IMG/VR virus record: IMGVR_UViG_3300044627_003499 | Span: 21,711-85,710 of that record | Length of the DNA stretch: 64,000 bases | From: a virus | Direction: 5' to 3' (one strand) | Part shown: positions 1 through 9,387 of the stretch, piece after piece | Numbering within the stretch: the first letter of the stretch is position 1 | Layout of the letters: every line of letters starts with the position of its first letter | Made by a program: the position numbers and the translations under genes | Notes under the pieces: generated by a model | The model's input: the letters and a program-made list of their open reading frames with translations, nothing else | What the model was told of the DNA's origin: nothing | Databases searched by the model: none

Positions 1-511
1 CAGCCGTAAGTGTCGACTGAATGATTCCAGTGGCAGCCGTAAGTGTCTGGAAATTTCCTGTGGTGACGTTAGCGGTAATACCGGTGACAGTTGTCGCTTG
101 GATGTTATTGCCGGTGATCGTGGCGCCAGATACTCTGTCCGTAAATCGTCCGGACACAAAGTTTGCCATGGAGCCAGTGAAGGTTGTTCCACTGGTAGTG
201 CCGCTGACATTTAAATTGTTCTGGACGATAACACCGCTAAATGTTCCAAGGCCTGAACTTGTGACAGTGCTCAGGCTTGTCGCACCACTAACGGTTAAAC
301 CACCTTGAATTACAACATTGCCGCTGATTGTTTCGCCAGTGACGTTTGCATAGTATTGATCTAGGTAAGTACGGAACTGACTGAAGGTAATTTTTTTGTT
401 GCGCAGTACCGGGTCCACTTCAAAAACGTGGACCAGCGTCATGAGGTCTTCATCAACAATCGCGGTGCCGTCAATCGACGGAAACTCGCTGATCCTTCTA
501 TTGGTGGCCAC
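1..511 (-). CDS. tail fibre/virion structural protein, 5' part (runs off window start)
   Basis: Open frame from GTG at 511, not in the ORF track: MATNRRISEFPSIDGTAIVDEDLMTLVHVFEVDPVLRNKKITF..., followed by T/G/S/V-rich beta repeats typical of fibre proteins. Confidence 0.7.
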   Translation of the reverse strand, partial: MATNRRISEFPSIDGTAIVDEDLMTLVHVFEVDPVLRNKKITFSQFRTYLDQYYANVTGETISGNVVIQGGLTVSGATSLSTVTSSGLGTFSGVIVQNNLNVSGTTSGTTFTGSMANFVSGRFTDRVSGATITGNNIQATTVTGITANVTTGNFQTLTAATGIIQSTLTA

Positions 512-556
512 CTACTTATACTGCGCAGTATTATACCTAATTATAGTTCTCTTTGC

Positions 557-868
557 TCACTTAACCCTTACCTCAATCTTTGGCAGCAGGTTGGAAACAC
601 CGTGCCAAACAAATTGGATTCCTGTTACAATTCCACAAGAAATGAGAAATACAACCAGTAATTCTGCAACGGTAAGGTTGCGCCGAACATACATCACCTG
701 CGGCGGTTGCTGTTGAAAGCTCGCTTGCTGGGCCAAGGCTTGTTGGATGGCTAGTTCTTTTGCCCTTGCTTTCATTGCTGCAAGATTTTCAGGACTGATC
801 TCATTCATGAAATAGTCCTGACCATTGGGTTGACCCGGAAACTGACTAGGGGGAATTTGTTCTTCCAT
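557..868 (-). CDS. hypothetical membrane protein
   Basis: ORF from ATG 868 with a C-terminal hydrophobic segment (LLVVFLISCGIVTGIQFVW). Confidence 0.6.
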   Translation of the reverse strand: MEEQIPPSQFPGQPNGQDYFMNEISPENLAAMKARAKELAIQQALAQQASFQQQPPQVMYVRRNLTVAELLVVFLISCGIVTGIQFVWHGVSNLLPKIEVRVK

Positions 869-919
869 GATGCAAAACCTTTTCACACACACTAGCATCT
901 ATAGAGAGGATTTGTCACC

Positions 920-1345
920 ATGAACTACGGCTTACGAAAAGGTTTGGAGGATATTGCCACCGAACTCAAAGGTATTCGCAACATCCTTTCGTCAATGTGG
1001 CACAGTCGTTACGGAGAAGACGAGACAAATATCTTGAATCCCCAGATTTACGCAGATGAATACGTATCAACTGAGGAGTGTGCCAAGCGGTTGGGCGTAT
1101 CCGATCAAACGATCAGAAATTGGATTTCTATTGGGCGTAAGACTCCTGACAAAGGTTGGGTAGAAGGTGTTCACTACGTCAATATTTCGCCAGATCCCAA
1201 TCGTAAAGCGGTTATTCGCATCCCATGGAACCAGATGATCCAAGCATTCTGTAAGAATCGCCAAAGTGATCTTTGGGATTTTATTGGCAATACCGGTGCA
1301 CGGTCGACCAAATATAAAACAACCAACCCCGATCGTCTCGTATAA
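920..1345 (+). CDS. helix-turn-helix DNA-binding protein (excisionase/MerR-like)
   Basis: YVSTEECAKRLGVSDQTIRNWI HTH; GAGGA RBS upstream. Confidence 0.75.
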   Translation: MNYGLRKGLEDIATELKGIRNILSSMWHSRYGEDETNILNPQIYADEYVSTEECAKRLGVSDQTIRNWISIGRKTPDKGWVEGVHYVNISPDPNRKAVIRIPWNQMIQAFCKNRQSDLWDFIGNTGARSTKYKTTNPDRLV

Positions 1346-1812
1346 TGCCGCACAGATTTCACGGGATTAAAACTGAGGTTGTAACCCTGGTCAATTACAG
1401 GGAAGTATTGCCAGCATCACTTGCAGATCAAGTGGAGATGTTCTTGCCACCCGAAGGATCTTTCGATGACGGGTGCCTGCAAAGATACCTGGAAAACTTA
1501 AAAAATTATGAAGAAGAAGATGCGAACTTTGGTATGACACTTGCCAATCGTTTGCGTCTTGCGTTCCAGGACTTAACACCTGATACGATCTGCGGCAAAT
1601 TCCCGCAAGCCGAATTGCCACTTAAACGACGGCTACGTTGTGTGGCAGAATATCTGATCCGTTCAGGAGAATTTGAAAAACTGAAGGACGATACTGGACG
1701 CCTCGTAAAAAAACGCGGTATCCTGGGCAAGATGGTTGTCTTGTACAAACCAACCAATAAACTACTGGAAGCACTAATTAAGCAGGGGTTGATCAAAAAT
1801 GAGCCGTCGTGA
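1345..1812 (+). CDS. hypothetical protein
   Basis: 155-aa ORF translationally coupled (TAATG) to the upstream gene. Confidence 0.7.
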   Translation: MPHRFHGIKTEVVTLVNYREVLPASLADQVEMFLPPEGSFDDGCLQRYLENLKNYEEEDANFGMTLANRLRLAFQDLTPDTICGKFPQAELPLKRRLRCVAEYLIRSGEFEKLKDDTGRLVKKRGILGKMVVLYKPTNKLLEALIKQGLIKNEPS

Positions 1813-2185
1813 AAAATTGATCGCATCGGTGATCGGTCCTGAACTTGATCAAACGAAAGCCAAGATGCTTGATGCAACTATCAAGTTGATCCTTGGTGAC
1901 ATGGGGCAGCATTATTGCAAAATGTGGGAGCATGAAGGTCCAGGGGTGATGGTGTTTCAACCCGACAATTCCGACCGTTCGATGTTCTTCATGACGCTAA
2001 AAGAGATGCACTCAGCGCAAGAGGAGTGTGAACGCGGTAATGATGGTGATTTAGCTGAGACATTCAGGCGTATCCTCAGTGCCGCACAGAAGATTGATCC
2101 AGCGGAAAAAGCTGGTTACATCATCAATGATGCAGCGGGCATGCGTTATTTGGAAATCGACTATACCAAAGTGTCAGAAAACTGA
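1799..2185 (+). CDS. hypothetical protein
   Basis: 128-aa ORF within a tight operon. Confidence 0.7.
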   Translation: MSRREKLIASVIGPELDQTKAKMLDATIKLILGDMGQHYCKMWEHEGPGVMVFQPDNSDRSMFFMTLKEMHSAQEECERGNDGDLAETFRRILSAAQKIDPAEKAGYIINDAAGMRYLEIDYTKVSEN

Positions 2186-2772
2186 TGGCAATTGAAAACA
2201 TCAAGGCTCACGCAGAAGATCGTGAGTTAATCACAAGTTCTGACCTGGTTTCAGCAGCGCACGCCCTGATGGAGGGTATTGATCTTGATGTTGCCAGCTC
2301 GGATTTTGCAAATGAATACGTCGATGCCAAGAAGTATTTCACTCCATCTGACGATGGATTGAACTGCCAAACGTGGTACGGCAAGGTTTACGTCTTTCCT
2401 CCCAGCGGTGCATACTTCTGGGATAAGAAGAATGAACGTTGGAAGATGACACGGTCTTCTTCTCCAACTTTGACATCGTCACATGCGGTGTGGTTCCGAA
2501 AGCTTTACCGCAGCTGGTTAGCGAGAGAAGTAAGTCAGGGCTTGTACTTTACCAACTGCCCGGACATGATTCGTTACGAGTTTAAGATCTTTGATTTTCC
2601 CATCTGCATCTTGCGGACGCCACCGACGTTAACAGTTCGCAAGAGCACAGGTGTTGGCGTGCATAAAACGTGCACCTCACTATTGGTGTACCTGCCCCCC
2701 ATGGAAGATACGGGGAAAGCGATCGAACGTTTTAAGGATATTTACGAGCCAAGGGGGCACATTCTCTGTTAA
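2185..2772 (+). CDS. phage Dam-like N6-adenine DNA methyltransferase homologue with degenerate catalytic motif
   Basis: IDLDVASS..AN...YFT..DDGL...W.GKVYVFPPS matches the phage Dam layout, but NPPY is replaced by FPPS. Confidence 0.65.
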   Translation: MAIENIKAHAEDRELITSSDLVSAAHALMEGIDLDVASSDFANEYVDAKKYFTPSDDGLNCQTWYGKVYVFPPSGAYFWDKKNERWKMTRSSSPTLTSSHAVWFRKLYRSWLAREVSQGLYFTNCPDMIRYEFKIFDFPICILRTPPTLTVRKSTGVGVHKTCTSLLVYLPPMEDTGKAIERFKDIYEPRGHILC

Positions 2773-2804
2773 TTTCTCTAGAGTGAAAAGGATTAAAAGG
2801 AATT

Positions 2805-3392
2805 ATGAGCATCCTTGCCGACTGGGAAATTCGTGAGCAGGCCCTTGAACATGGGATGATTGATCCATTTGTGGATCATTTGGTAAGCAAGGAGAATGGA
2901 CGGAAGCTTCTCAGTTACGGCCTCAGTTCGTATGGATATGACATTCGCCTGTCACCTAGTCAGTGCCTGATTTTTGGCCGTGTACAAGCTGGGGATTGTG
3001 ACCCCAAGAATTTTGATCCCGACATTTTGAAGCCAGCGGATCTGCGGGAAGACGAACGTGGTCAATACTTCTTGCTGCCGCCGTACGGTTACTGTCTTGG
3101 GGTAGCGCACGAACGTTTGAAGCTCCCTGACAACATCAGTGTTGTAGCTGTTGGTAAATCTACGTATGCGCGGTCAGGGATCATGGTGAACATCACGCCT
3201 GCCGAAGCGGGATGGGAGGGTTACCTCACGCTTGAAATCAGTAACTGCACTGGTTTATTCAATCGCATTTATGCGAATGAGGGAATTACTCAGCTGTTGT
3301 TCCACACTGGCAGCCGTTGTGAAGTTACTTACCAGGACCGGAAAGGTAAGTATCAAGACCAACCAAAAACCGTTGTGTTCTCCCAAGTTTAG
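2805..3392 (+). CDS. dcd: dCTP deaminase
   Basis: SYGLSSYGYDIRL, GKSTYARSG, EAGWEGYLTLEISN and YANEGITQLLF motifs. Confidence 0.95.
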   Translation: MSILADWEIREQALEHGMIDPFVDHLVSKENGRKLLSYGLSSYGYDIRLSPSQCLIFGRVQAGDCDPKNFDPDILKPADLREDERGQYFLLPPYGYCLGVAHERLKLPDNISVVAVGKSTYARSGIMVNITPAEAGWEGYLTLEISNCTGLFNRIYANEGITQLLFHTGSRCEVTYQDRKGKYQDQPKTVVFSQV

Positions 3393-3760
3393 TATTGCTT
3401 ACCAAAGCTTGATCCAGGTTTACGGGCGTAGCCGGTACTTCCGGCTCGTCCGATTGTATCCCCCATACTTGGCAGTGCAACACCGTCCATTGTTGCTTCT
3501 GTTCTTGGTGTTTTACCTCGGATGGTTGGTTCAGCAATACCTGCTCTTTGTCGGTATGCCCCAGCGGTTTTGGCTGCCCTAAAGAACTTACCAACGCGGT
3601 CTTGATTATCGTTTAATGACTCAACAACTTGTCTTTCTTCTGACGGGAAACGACGTAAATCTGTATCGTACGCCTGTTCAGGATTAAGGTCAGTAACCTC
3701 AGCCCCTGACGTACCAGCGTCAGCCGTTGGATCGTAATTGGGGTCAAAGAATTTTGCCAT
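3389..3760 (-). CDS. hypothetical protein
   Basis: ORF, probable start MAKFFDPNY at 3760. Confidence 0.6.
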   Translation of the reverse strand: MAKFFDPNYDPTADAGTSGAEVTDLNPEQAYDTDLRRFPSEERQVVESLNDNQDRVGKFFRAAKTAGAYRQRAGIAEPTIRGKTPRTEATMDGVALPSMGDTIGRAGSTGYARKPGSSFGKQY

Positions 3761-3801
3761 AGTATCATTGTAGAAGCAATAAATCAACCAGGGTATTCGC
3801 C

Positions 3802-4143
3802 ATGCATGGCGTCGCAGGTTTCTTAGATAGCTTCATTCAAGACGAAGTAAAGTGCCGCTGCCTCAGCGAAGAAGATTTTGGTGCACCGCTCGACAATGAA
3901 GCGAATGATGTACCATTAATGGATATGTACAACCGAGGCTTGGTCGCATGTCAACAGGGGCGGGAAAGGAATCCACTGAATCTCGAGGGGCAACGGCCTG
4001 GAACGACGGGGTATATTCCGTCAATGGAGGAGGGCCTGCAGATGGGGGCATCACCGAAACCCAGGGCGTTAGTGCTGGACCTGGAGGGACCCAGCGAGGA
4101 GATGCTGGAGCAGTCACGCAAACGTCGTGGTTTGAGCCGGTAA
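3802..4143 (+). CDS. hypothetical protein
   Basis: 113-aa ORF with plausible composition; overlaps the DUF3310 frame. Confidence 0.55.
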   Translation: MHGVAGFLDSFIQDEVKCRCLSEEDFGAPLDNEANDVPLMDMYNRGLVACQQGRERNPLNLEGQRPGTTGYIPSMEEGLQMGASPKPRALVLDLEGPSEEMLEQSRKRRGLSR

Positions 4144-4430
4144 CAGACGATTCTGGCTGCAAGGACGGTATTTGTCCTGTGCCCTGGCTAACGAAAGAAA
4201 AAGCTCCGGTGCTCCAGGAGGATGTGGTTAACCATCCTTCTCATTACACCGATGGGGGCATCGAAACAATTGAAGCCATTGAGGCAGCTTTAACCACCGA
4301 AGAATTCCGTGGTTACTGCAAGGGCAACTGCATGAAGTATATCTGGCGTGAGAAGCATAAAGGCGGGACAGAATCACTGAAGAAGGCACAGTGGTACATC
4401 AACCGCCTTATTGATTTGGACGAAGCTTAA
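3948..4430 (+). CDS. DUF3310 (T7 gp1.7-like nucleotide kinase family) protein
   Basis: DVVNHPSHY..GGIETIEAI...GYCKGNCMKYIWR..HKGG.ESLKKAQWY signature; true start uncertain. Confidence 0.85.
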   Translation: MSTGAGKESTESRGATAWNDGVYSVNGGGPADGGITETQGVSAGPGGTQRGDAGAVTQTSWFEPVTDDSGCKDGICPVPWLTKEKAPVLQEDVVNHPSHYTDGGIETIEAIEAALTTEEFRGYCKGNCMKYIWREKHKGGTESLKKAQWYINRLIDLDEA

Positions 4431-4732
4431 AACGGTTGAAGCTCATCTTCGTCTTCGTCATCCTCGTCGTCGCCAATGCAAGCGGCGGCGAGTTCTGCTA
4501 ATTCCAAGTCGGTGGGAATGTCGAAGTCAATCGAGATGTTTTCTGCTGCGAGGATATCCTTGATGGCATACCACTCCATCAGGCGCTGGTGGTAGAGGTT
4601 CAGAAGTGCGTACAGCAATTCATCCCATGTCATCTCTTGCGCTGCAAGTTCTGCCTTGCGCATGGAGAACTGCAATTCCAACGGGAGTTCAAATTCCCTG
4701 GGCTCGACTGATCTCTCCATTCCAGCCTTCAT
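4427..4732 (-). CDS. nblA: NblA-like phycobilisome degradation adaptor with acidic tail
   Basis: ELPLELQFSMR...QEMTWDELLYALLNLYHQ...IKDIL aligns by eye with the NblA pattern L-x-LEQQF-x-R...M-S...L..LY.Q...(Y)..LL; alternative start at 4720. Confidence 0.6.
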   Translation of the reverse strand: MKAGMERSVEPREFELPLELQFSMRKAELAAQEMTWDELLYALLNLYHQRLMEWYAIKDILAAENISIDFDIPTDLELAELAAACIGDDEDDEDEDELQPF

Positions 4733-4756
4733 TTGCGTGTTGCAATTATTCTAATG

Positions 4757-5416
4757 CTAGCTGGCGGACAGAAGATCTGCTTCTTGGTCGTTAAAATCAA
4801 ACCAAAGGTTTTCATCAATTCTGAAGTTGTTTCCAAACTCTGCCAGGATGTATGGACTCATGAGTTCTTCCAAGCGTCGCACTGCTTTCACCTGATGGGG
4901 TGCTGCGGTGTAATTGCGGAATGCCGTCAACAATACTTCGGTAGAGGCCCAGGGATTTGCATCAACTCCTTGGAGGAACAAGTTGATTTCTTCTCGGCGT
5001 CGATCCAGGAGATTACCAACGACTTGATGATCAGCATTGAAGATCCACCGGCCCATTTCTCGCGTGGCACCGCAGTAATCTTCGTGCTCAATGCAATCGA
5101 TAATGGCGCTGTAAAGGAAGGGCTCCCAGCCGATGGAGTGAATAAAAGAAATCAAAGCTTGACGCATGCCGTCATCAAGGCCCAGGTTTTGCTTTAGCAG
5201 CTGGGTGTCAATGATATTTGTTTCGTGAAATAACAGCTCTAGTGCTTTTTGTGAACTGCAACGTTGACCACGTTTGACAGGAGAACCGTCAGGGTAAAAC
5301 TGTGTGCCGTAACCAATGGTGTACGGATCTTTCCCTGTGTGAGGATCTGCGAAAGCTTGTTCGTTAAAACCTTCGTATTTCCTGATCAGATTAAGCGCAG
5401 CAGAAAGATCCGACAT
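4757..5416 (-). CDS. endolysin, GH24 phage lysozyme with C-terminal extension
   Basis: LIRKYEGF...DP...YTIGYGT catalytic segment; ALISF..SIG; LLDRRREEINLF. Confidence 0.9.
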   Translation of the reverse strand: MSDLSAALNLIRKYEGFNEQAFADPHTGKDPYTIGYGTQFYPDGSPVKRGQRCSSQKALELLFHETNIIDTQLLKQNLGLDDGMRQALISFIHSIGWEPFLYSAIIDCIEHEDYCGATREMGRWIFNADHQVVGNLLDRRREEINLFLQGVDANPWASTEVLLTAFRNYTAAPHQVKAVRRLEELMSPYILAEFGNNFRIDENLWFDFNDQEADLLSAS

Positions 5417-5451
5417 AGGAGTAACATTAGTTACTCCCAATCATACACAAT

Positions 5452-5577
5452 TTACTTACCTTGGCCGCGTGTTTGTTTGCGTCCGTGATTAGGAAGTGAG
5501 TGTTGCCCCTGTCCTTGACGAGTCTTTTTAGGGCGGGATTCAATCTTGACGACTGAGCTGGACTTGGGTTTGGCCAT
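5452..5577 (-). CDS. small basic protein (41 aa)
   Basis: MAKPKSSSVVKIESRPKKTRQGQGQHSLPNHGRKQTRGQGK, read by eye; below the ORF-track length cutoff. Confidence 0.6.
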   Translation of the reverse strand: MAKPKSSSVVKIESRPKKTRQGQGQHSLPNHGRKQTRGQGK

Positions 5578-5595
5578 GGGAAACCAATGTGGTGC

Positions 5596-5895
5596 TCACC
5601 ATTTTACACGGTGGCTCCAGTAGCGTGCTGACATTTTGTCGGGACTTGAATCTTGTGCATTGTGACGTGCGTAATAAGACTTGCGACGTGCCTTGTCCTT
5701 TTCTGAAGTTGGGTTTTTACCTGCGCCTTCAACTCCTTGCTGTCCAAATCTGATAATTTTTTCTTCACCGTCTTTACATGCTTTTACAACATGAGACTTT
5801 GTGGCATGACCTGGAGTGCGCTGCGGTTTGTTGCAGGCCATTTTATCTTTTGCCAACTTGGCAGCACCAGCGGCTTTCTTGCGTTTGTCAGACAT
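5596..5895 (-). CDS. conserved basic phage protein
   Basis: KIIRFGQQG...RRKSYYARH...SARYWS..VKW pattern widespread in viral small proteins. Confidence 0.75.
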   Translation of the reverse strand: MSDKRKKAAGAAKLAKDKMACNKPQRTPGHATKSHVVKACKDGEEKIIRFGQQGVEGAGKNPTSEKDKARRKSYYARHNAQDSSPDKMSARYWSHRVKW

Positions 5896-8612
5896 CAGAA
5901 TCCTTTAAACATTGATGTAAATTCACCCAAGATTTGGCTACCTGTCTTTGATTTGTAGCTTGTTTCTTCATCATCCAATCCTAAGTTAAAGATACTTTTT
6001 TCTTTGGTGGTTGTCTCATCTGTTGTATCGGTGTCCTCATCACCAAAGAAACTTTGGATAGTACCAAGGGATGCGAATGGATCACTTAAGTCAAGTCCTT
6101 TTAACTGAAGGGCGCTGCCTGCGCCCGCCTTGGTGAGAAGCTGTTGCTCACTTCGGTCCGTATCGGGGAACAGATCAGTGTAAAACTCATCTTCTGTGCC
6201 CTTGTAACCAGCTTGTTGAAAGACTCTGTACATTTCTGTTTCTGATTTGATCGAGTCCGTTTTGTAGTCTTCGGGTCTTTCAATGTAATCAACACCCAAA
6301 ATTTTTTGAGTGGGCTTTTTACCTTTTTCATTCAGGTATTTGATCTGCTCTCTGATTTGTTGTGCGGAACCCGTACGTAATGTCTCTGCAACTAAGTCTT
6401 TAAATTCACCCAGGTTCCCCTGGAAATCCTTTAGGCCAACTGCATCTAGCGCTTTTTGCCAAGTAGCCTTATCCGTTGGGTCCAGGCCTTGCAACATCTC
6501 GTCGGCAAATTCTTCTGGCGTGATAAATTGACCAAAGATTGATCCTTGTTTTAATGCTTCTTCCTTAAGAGAAGGCAAGATTTTATTGTAAATTTCATCT
6601 TGTACTTTCCCTGCGTTTAATACGTCTTCCGCCGGGTCGTATCCCAATCCTTTTCCTTTTACCTGGAAATGCATTCGCGCAAATTGTTCTTTGTTATTTG
6701 GATCAATACCAAAGCGATATGCCTGGCTTGCCCAATATTCGTCACCGGCTTTTGCCTTTTCCCAATCATCTGCTACTACCTGGGACTGTTGAGAGTAAGC
6801 ATCAGTCCTAGCCTTGTCTCCAGTGGGATTGAAATAAAAGTCGGCGTTAAAGTAACGGTCGGGAGTATTTTGAACTTGAGCTAAAAACTGATCGGCACGC
6901 AAGTTGGCAACCTGACTAACAGCGTTCAGCATGTCCTGCGTTTGGAACGGGTTTTGCTCTTGTTGCCGAACATCAAGGTACTCCGTGAATTCACTGATTG
7001 AACGAGAGGTGTTAAAACGTGGGATCAAGTACTTGTCCATGAAATCCCTTGCAAACTGCGCTTCAACTTTGATGGTGTCTTTTGCTGCCTCGGTGCTGTA
7101 ACCAAGTTCAACTTCTTGTTCGTACTTCTTCTTTAGCTCCGTATCAAACCATTGTTGCCAGTTGTAGGTGGTGCTGTTGTTGACACCTGTTATGTTTTGA
7201 AGGCTTTTCTCCAGGGAATCCTGGGACGCCTTGCCGGATGTAAAAGAAAGAATGCCACCAACCCCAGAATCACCAAGGATGCTGTTACTGAGTTCTTTGT
7301 TGATGTCCATGATTTCTCCAAAGCCGGAGAAACCTTGCATAAGGCCAAGCATTTGTTCTTTTCCCTTGGCCTTCTTCATTTGCTCAATAGTGTCCTTTAA
7401 CACATTTTGAGTTAACGCACCAAATTTCTTTGCGTCTACTGTTGCCTTTTCACCAACGGCTTGGTTTACTGCATCTTCTAATTCCGTGACGCCATACCCA
7501 GCATTTAAGTTGTAAGCAAAACTTACTTGTTTGTCTTCTGGTCGTTGGGACAAACGGAACAGTGCGGCGAATTCATCAGGTTTCTCTGGGTTTAAGAACT
7601 TCTCTTTGCCCAGTGTTTTCCAGTATTGATCACCTGCTTTTGCTTTATCCCATTCAGCAGAAACCTCAGGTACTGCCAAGAGGCGTTCAGTTTGTGTGTC
7701 AGTATTAAGGCCTAGCTGGAGACTACGGGCAGCCTGAATGTCGGCATCGGTTGGCTTGCGTTCCAGGTATTGGTTTGCTGCTGTTGTTTGTTCTGCGGCA
7801 TTACCTCGCTTCCCAGCTGCTTTCCCTTGGGATGTGTAGTGTTGAAGGTAATAAGAGTTTTCAGAATATCTTTGGGTAATGTCAATATCATCATTAGCAA
7901 CGGCAGCTTTCCACTTTTGTTCTACATCTGGATTGATCGATTTGTAGTACTTTGGATCAAAGTCGCCGTACTGCGGTTTTGCCCCCAGGTTTGCATTCCA
8001 GGTTTGCAACTTTTCAGTTGAATAAAAAGCTTTGAAGTAATCCTCTAATTGCGATTTGGTTACATCACTAATACCCTGGAGCTTTCTAATCTGCTCCCTT
8101 TGTGTAACATAGTCTCCCCCTTGAGTTGAATTAGCGGTTGCAAGGACGGTGTTGTAAGCGTTGTTTTTGTTTGTGTTCTCAGTGTTTAAGGTTGTATTCT
8201 CTTGGTTTCTTTGGGTGTTTAAGTTGTTTGTTTGTTCATTATTTCTGTAAGTCGTTGCTGTACTTGCAGCTTTATCGCGCAATGCTTGAGTTGCTGACAA
8301 ATAAGTAAGACTGTCTAGTCCTCCAAACCTTGAGTTAATTGCTTGTCTAACGCTTTCATCACTAACGTTGTCCCTTGGTACCGACCCTGCGCTAATCCAA
8401 CCTGCCCCTGGCGACGAAGATTGCGCTGCTGTGTCGGCTACGACGGTAGAGTAATAAATTTGTCCCTTAACTGGACGGGGCACAGTTATTGTTTTTACCC
8501 AAAGATTTACCGTGCCCGAGTTCTCTAGGTTAGTTGGAAAATTAGTTTGGTAGTCTGTTTTTTCCTGTGCCAGATTCCACTTTTTATTTGTTGGATCGTA
8601 AGTTAATGCCAT
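5895..8612 (-). CDS. large putative virion (internal/ejection) protein
   Basis: 905-aa helical Q/D/K-rich ORF in the late block; internal repeat WxKAKAGDxYW. Confidence 0.65.
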   Translation of the reverse strand: MALTYDPTNKKWNLAQEKTDYQTNFPTNLENSGTVNLWVKTITVPRPVKGQIYYSTVVADTAAQSSSPGAGWISAGSVPRDNVSDESVRQAINSRFGGLDSLTYLSATQALRDKAASTATTYRNNEQTNNLNTQRNQENTTLNTENTNKNNAYNTVLATANSTQGGDYVTQREQIRKLQGISDVTKSQLEDYFKAFYSTEKLQTWNANLGAKPQYGDFDPKYYKSINPDVEQKWKAAVANDDIDITQRYSENSYYLQHYTSQGKAAGKRGNAAEQTTAANQYLERKPTDADIQAARSLQLGLNTDTQTERLLAVPEVSAEWDKAKAGDQYWKTLGKEKFLNPEKPDEFAALFRLSQRPEDKQVSFAYNLNAGYGVTELEDAVNQAVGEKATVDAKKFGALTQNVLKDTIEQMKKAKGKEQMLGLMQGFSGFGEIMDINKELSNSILGDSGVGGILSFTSGKASQDSLEKSLQNITGVNNSTTYNWQQWFDTELKKKYEQEVELGYSTEAAKDTIKVEAQFARDFMDKYLIPRFNTSRSISEFTEYLDVRQQEQNPFQTQDMLNAVSQVANLRADQFLAQVQNTPDRYFNADFYFNPTGDKARTDAYSQQSQVVADDWEKAKAGDEYWASQAYRFGIDPNNKEQFARMHFQVKGKGLGYDPAEDVLNAGKVQDEIYNKILPSLKEEALKQGSIFGQFITPEEFADEMLQGLDPTDKATWQKALDAVGLKDFQGNLGEFKDLVAETLRTGSAQQIREQIKYLNEKGKKPTQKILGVDYIERPEDYKTDSIKSETEMYRVFQQAGYKGTEDEFYTDLFPDTDRSEQQLLTKAGAGSALQLKGLDLSDPFASLGTIQSFFGDEDTDTTDETTTKEKSIFNLGLDDEETSYKSKTGSQILGEFTSMFKGF

Positions 8613-8983
8613 TATCCAGCAGCAAATGTATCTGGTACCGTCTCAATATTATAAGTAAACAGGTCGATAATTTCTTGGTGTATCCAGGCCTCAATCCTGT
8701 TCATCCTTACTTCGGTGTAGTACGTCTGCTGTGGATACCATTCTTCCATTTTTGAACTGGCTTTGTTTGCATTACATCTTTTGCAGCAAGGCAGAAGGTT
8801 GTTCCGATTACTGGAACCAGAACGAAACCTTGGGACAATGTGATCCAAGGATGTAGCTTGGTCCTCGCAATAACCACACTTGTGATCCCACGCATCGTAT
8901 ATGGATTGACGGTAACGTTTCTTGGCCAATTTAGGAGTTAATTCAAGGAGAAGGGAAAGGGGTTCCTGCTCACAGTTGAACAT
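8612..8983 (-). CDS. HNH endonuclease
   Basis: CGYC...SLDHIVPR..GSS...NLLPCCKRCNANK. Confidence 0.9.
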   Translation of the reverse strand: MFNCEQEPLSLLLELTPKLAKKRYRQSIYDAWDHKCGYCEDQATSLDHIVPRFRSGSSNRNNLLPCCKRCNANKASSKMEEWYPQQTYYTEVRMNRIEAWIHQEIIDLFTYNIETVPDTFAAG

Positions 8984-9118
8984 ACTCTTTTATTGCCGTT
9001 ACCTTATTCTAATTTCAGGACATATAGACCACTGTAAACAAAGAGATGAAATCTTACTTAAATCCATTGACAACCTGCTTGAGTCCCATAACGTACAGGG
9101 GCACGCACATGCCTTTTT

Positions 9119-9337
9119 ATGGCTAAGCATCCAGGTTGGGTCACGGTCCAACAAGCCGAAGAACTTCTCGGCATTGATAAAAAGACTCTCTTCAAGTACC
9201 GCGACGACGGCACACTGAAGCTTGGCCCCCACTACGCTGCCTTTTCTGATACACGTTCACGCGACACCTATCGTTGGAACGTAGCAACAGTACGTAAGCA
9301 TCTGAAAAAAATTGAAATGCAAACAGCTGCTGCCTGA
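9119..9337 (+). CDS. small HTH DNA-binding protein
   Basis: WVTVQQAEELLGIDKKTLFKYR HTH; TTGACA upstream at about 9067. Confidence 0.75.
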   Translation: MAKHPGWVTVQQAEELLGIDKKTLFKYRDDGTLKLGPHYAAFSDTRSRDTYRWNVATVRKHLKKIEMQTAAA

Positions 9338-9360
9338 AGTTAGACAAACACTGATCAAGT

Positions 9361-9386
9361 GCCCCGTCTTGTACGGGGCTTTTTTG
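9361..9386 (+). terminator. intrinsic terminator
   Basis: GCCCCGT-cttgt-ACGGGGC followed by a T-run, between convergent genes. Confidence 0.8.
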
Positions 9387-9387
9387 T

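Noticed and set aside
920-1345. Prophage excisionase/lysogeny module
   Set aside because: HTH only; no integrase, repressor pair or host genes in the window
8612-8983. Third gene-end-replacing HNH cassette
   Set aside because: Different HNH subtype, and no duplicated gene end found by eye on either side
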